This document shows positions 48,218 to 49,178 of a DNA stretch of 49,178 nt, one piece after another. Every line of letters starts with the position of its first letter. Positions within the stretch are counted from its first letter, which is position 1. The notes below the pieces were generated by a model. It was not told the origin of the DNA and made no database searches. It worked only from the letters and a program-made list of their open reading frames with translations. The position numbers were made by a program, and so were the translations under genes. The stretch lies in contig LDXP01000008.1 in the NCBI GenBank assembly GCA_001443385.1, positions 1 through 49,178 of the forward strand. The letters are read 5' to 3'. Origin of the DNA: Candidatus Rokubacteria bacterium CSP1-6. Its GTDB lineage: Bacteria > Methylomirabilota > Methylomirabilia > Rokubacteriales > CSP1-6.

Positions 48218-48863
48218 ACGATTCGAGCTCGACCTGTATGTGATCCTGGACCGGACGGCCAGCCACGGGCGCGACCTCCGCGAGATTCTGGATGGCGTGA
48301 TTGCCGGAGGGGGTCGCTTGGTCCAGTTCCGCGAAAAGGAGTGGCCCCTCCGCCGCTGCCTCCCCCTCCTCGAGGATCTCCGGCGGAGGGCGAGGCAGGC
48401 CGGGATCGGCTTCGCCGTCAACGACCGGCTGGACCTGGCCCTGGCCGTGGAGGCCGACGGCTTGCACCTCGGCCAGGATGACCTTCCGGCCTCAGTGGCC
48501 CGCCGGCTCCTGCCGCCCTCGATGTTCCTCGGCGTCTCGACCCACACCGGGGAGCAGGCGAGACAGGCCGAACGCGAGGGGGCCGATTACGTCGCGGTGG
48601 GCTCGATCTTCCCCACCGCCACCAAGCCGGAGTTCCAGCTCGTCGGGCTGGACCTGCTCCGAGAGGTCCGCGGCCAGATCAGGGCCCCTCTCGTGGCCAT
48701 CGGGGGGATCACGGTGGACAACGCCGCCCAGGTCGTCGAGGCCGGCGCCGACGGGGTGGCGGTGATCTCGGCCGTTTGCGGGGCGCCCGATCCGGCGGAG
48801 GCCACCCGGCGCCTGCTCGAGCGAATCCGCCCCTCCTTGACAGCCCGGGACAGGCGGCTATAA
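48201..48863 (+). CDS. thiE: thiamine-phosphate synthase (start uncertain)
   Basis: LYVILD, VQFREK, VNDRLDLA, HLGQDD, GVSTH, IFPTATK, VAIGGI, VAVISA. Confidence 0.93.
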   Translation: MGRVRGRFELDLYVILDRTASHGRDLREILDGVIAGGGRLVQFREKEWPLRRCLPLLEDLRRRARQAGIGFAVNDRLDLALAVEADGLHLGQDDLPASVARRLLPPSMFLGVSTHTGEQARQAEREGADYVAVGSIFPTATKPEFQLVGLDLLREVRGQIRAPLVAIGGITVDNAAQVVEAGADGVAVISAVCGAPDPAEATRRLLERIRPSLTARDRRL

Positions 48864-48864
48864 T
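48837..48864 (+). promoter_or_regulatory. sigma70 promoter inside the thiE 3' end
   Basis: Perfect TTGACA-N16-TATAAT. Confidence 0.7.
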
Positions 48865-48934
48865 CAGGGGCCAGACAGCAGCCTGGAGCCTGCCTTATCC
48901 ATTTGTGCGAAACCCAGCCAAGAGGAGGGAGTCG

Positions 48935-49178
48935 ATGAAAACCTTCCACATCCGAACGGCGCTCGTGATCCTCGCCGCCCTGGCGCTGGTGCTCCCGGTG
49001 GCCTTCACCGACGCCCAGATGAAAGGCACCATCAAGATCGCGACCCAGAGCCCGCTCTCCGGCGGCCAGGCGGCCCTCGGCGAGGGGATCAAGCTGGGCA
49101 CCCAGCTGGCCATCGAGCAGAAGAAGGGCCCGATCGAGAAGCTGGGCTTCAAGGTGGAACTGGTTCCCTACGACGACC
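48935..49178 (+). CDS. branched-chain amino acid ABC transporter substrate-binding protein (truncated by window end)
   Basis: GAGGAGG RBS; signal peptide then IKIATQSPLSGGQAALGEGIKLG..VELVPYDD (LivJ/K-like N-terminus). Confidence 0.85.
   Translation, partial: MKTFHIRTALVILAALALVLPVAFTDAQMKGTIKIATQSPLSGGQAALGEGIKLGTQLAIEQKKGPIEKLGFKVELVPYDD

Noticed and set aside
48117-48220. TPP riboswitch upstream of thiE
   Set aside because: Only a CTGAG-like word is present; other TPP aptamer elements are absent and the region is explained by the REP-like palindrome
45465-48467. Very long antisense ORFs (also 17504-20146, 20474-23164, 853-2889)
   Set aside because: Shadow ORFs opposite well-identified genes, typical of high-GC DNA

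Overview
High-GC bacterial chromosome segment; gene content resembles Methylomirabilota/Ca. Rokubacteria (inference only). In order it carries an oxidative pentose-phosphate cluster (gnd-zwf-pgl), an M48 peptidase, a STAND-type class III cyclase, two SDRs, an orphan ABC substrate-binding protein, comM, a dnaK-dnaJ-hspR-lon operon, mazG plus a macro-domain gene, a large type IVa pilus locus (pilB-pilT-pilC-pilS-pilR-pilA-pilD-fimT-pilMNOPQ), aroC/aroB, efp, accB/accC, thiE and a truncated Liv-type binding protein. No rRNA, tRNA, CRISPR array, integrase or transposase was seen. Most notable observations: (1) a ~2 kb integrase-less islet encoding a TMTC-like membrane glycosyltransferase/TPR protein, flanked by a 73-bp duplication of the comM 3' end whose six mismatches are all synonymous; (2) a family of modular, inverted-repeat-bounded hairpin elements, including a sub-module with compensatory base changes; (3) a 40-aa head-less 'micro-pilin' after pilA; (4) a J-domain protein with SPD in place of HPD; (5) a frameshifted pilC; (6) three sigma54-type promoters, one without an obvious gene. 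All calls come from reading the sequence by eye; no database searches were run.
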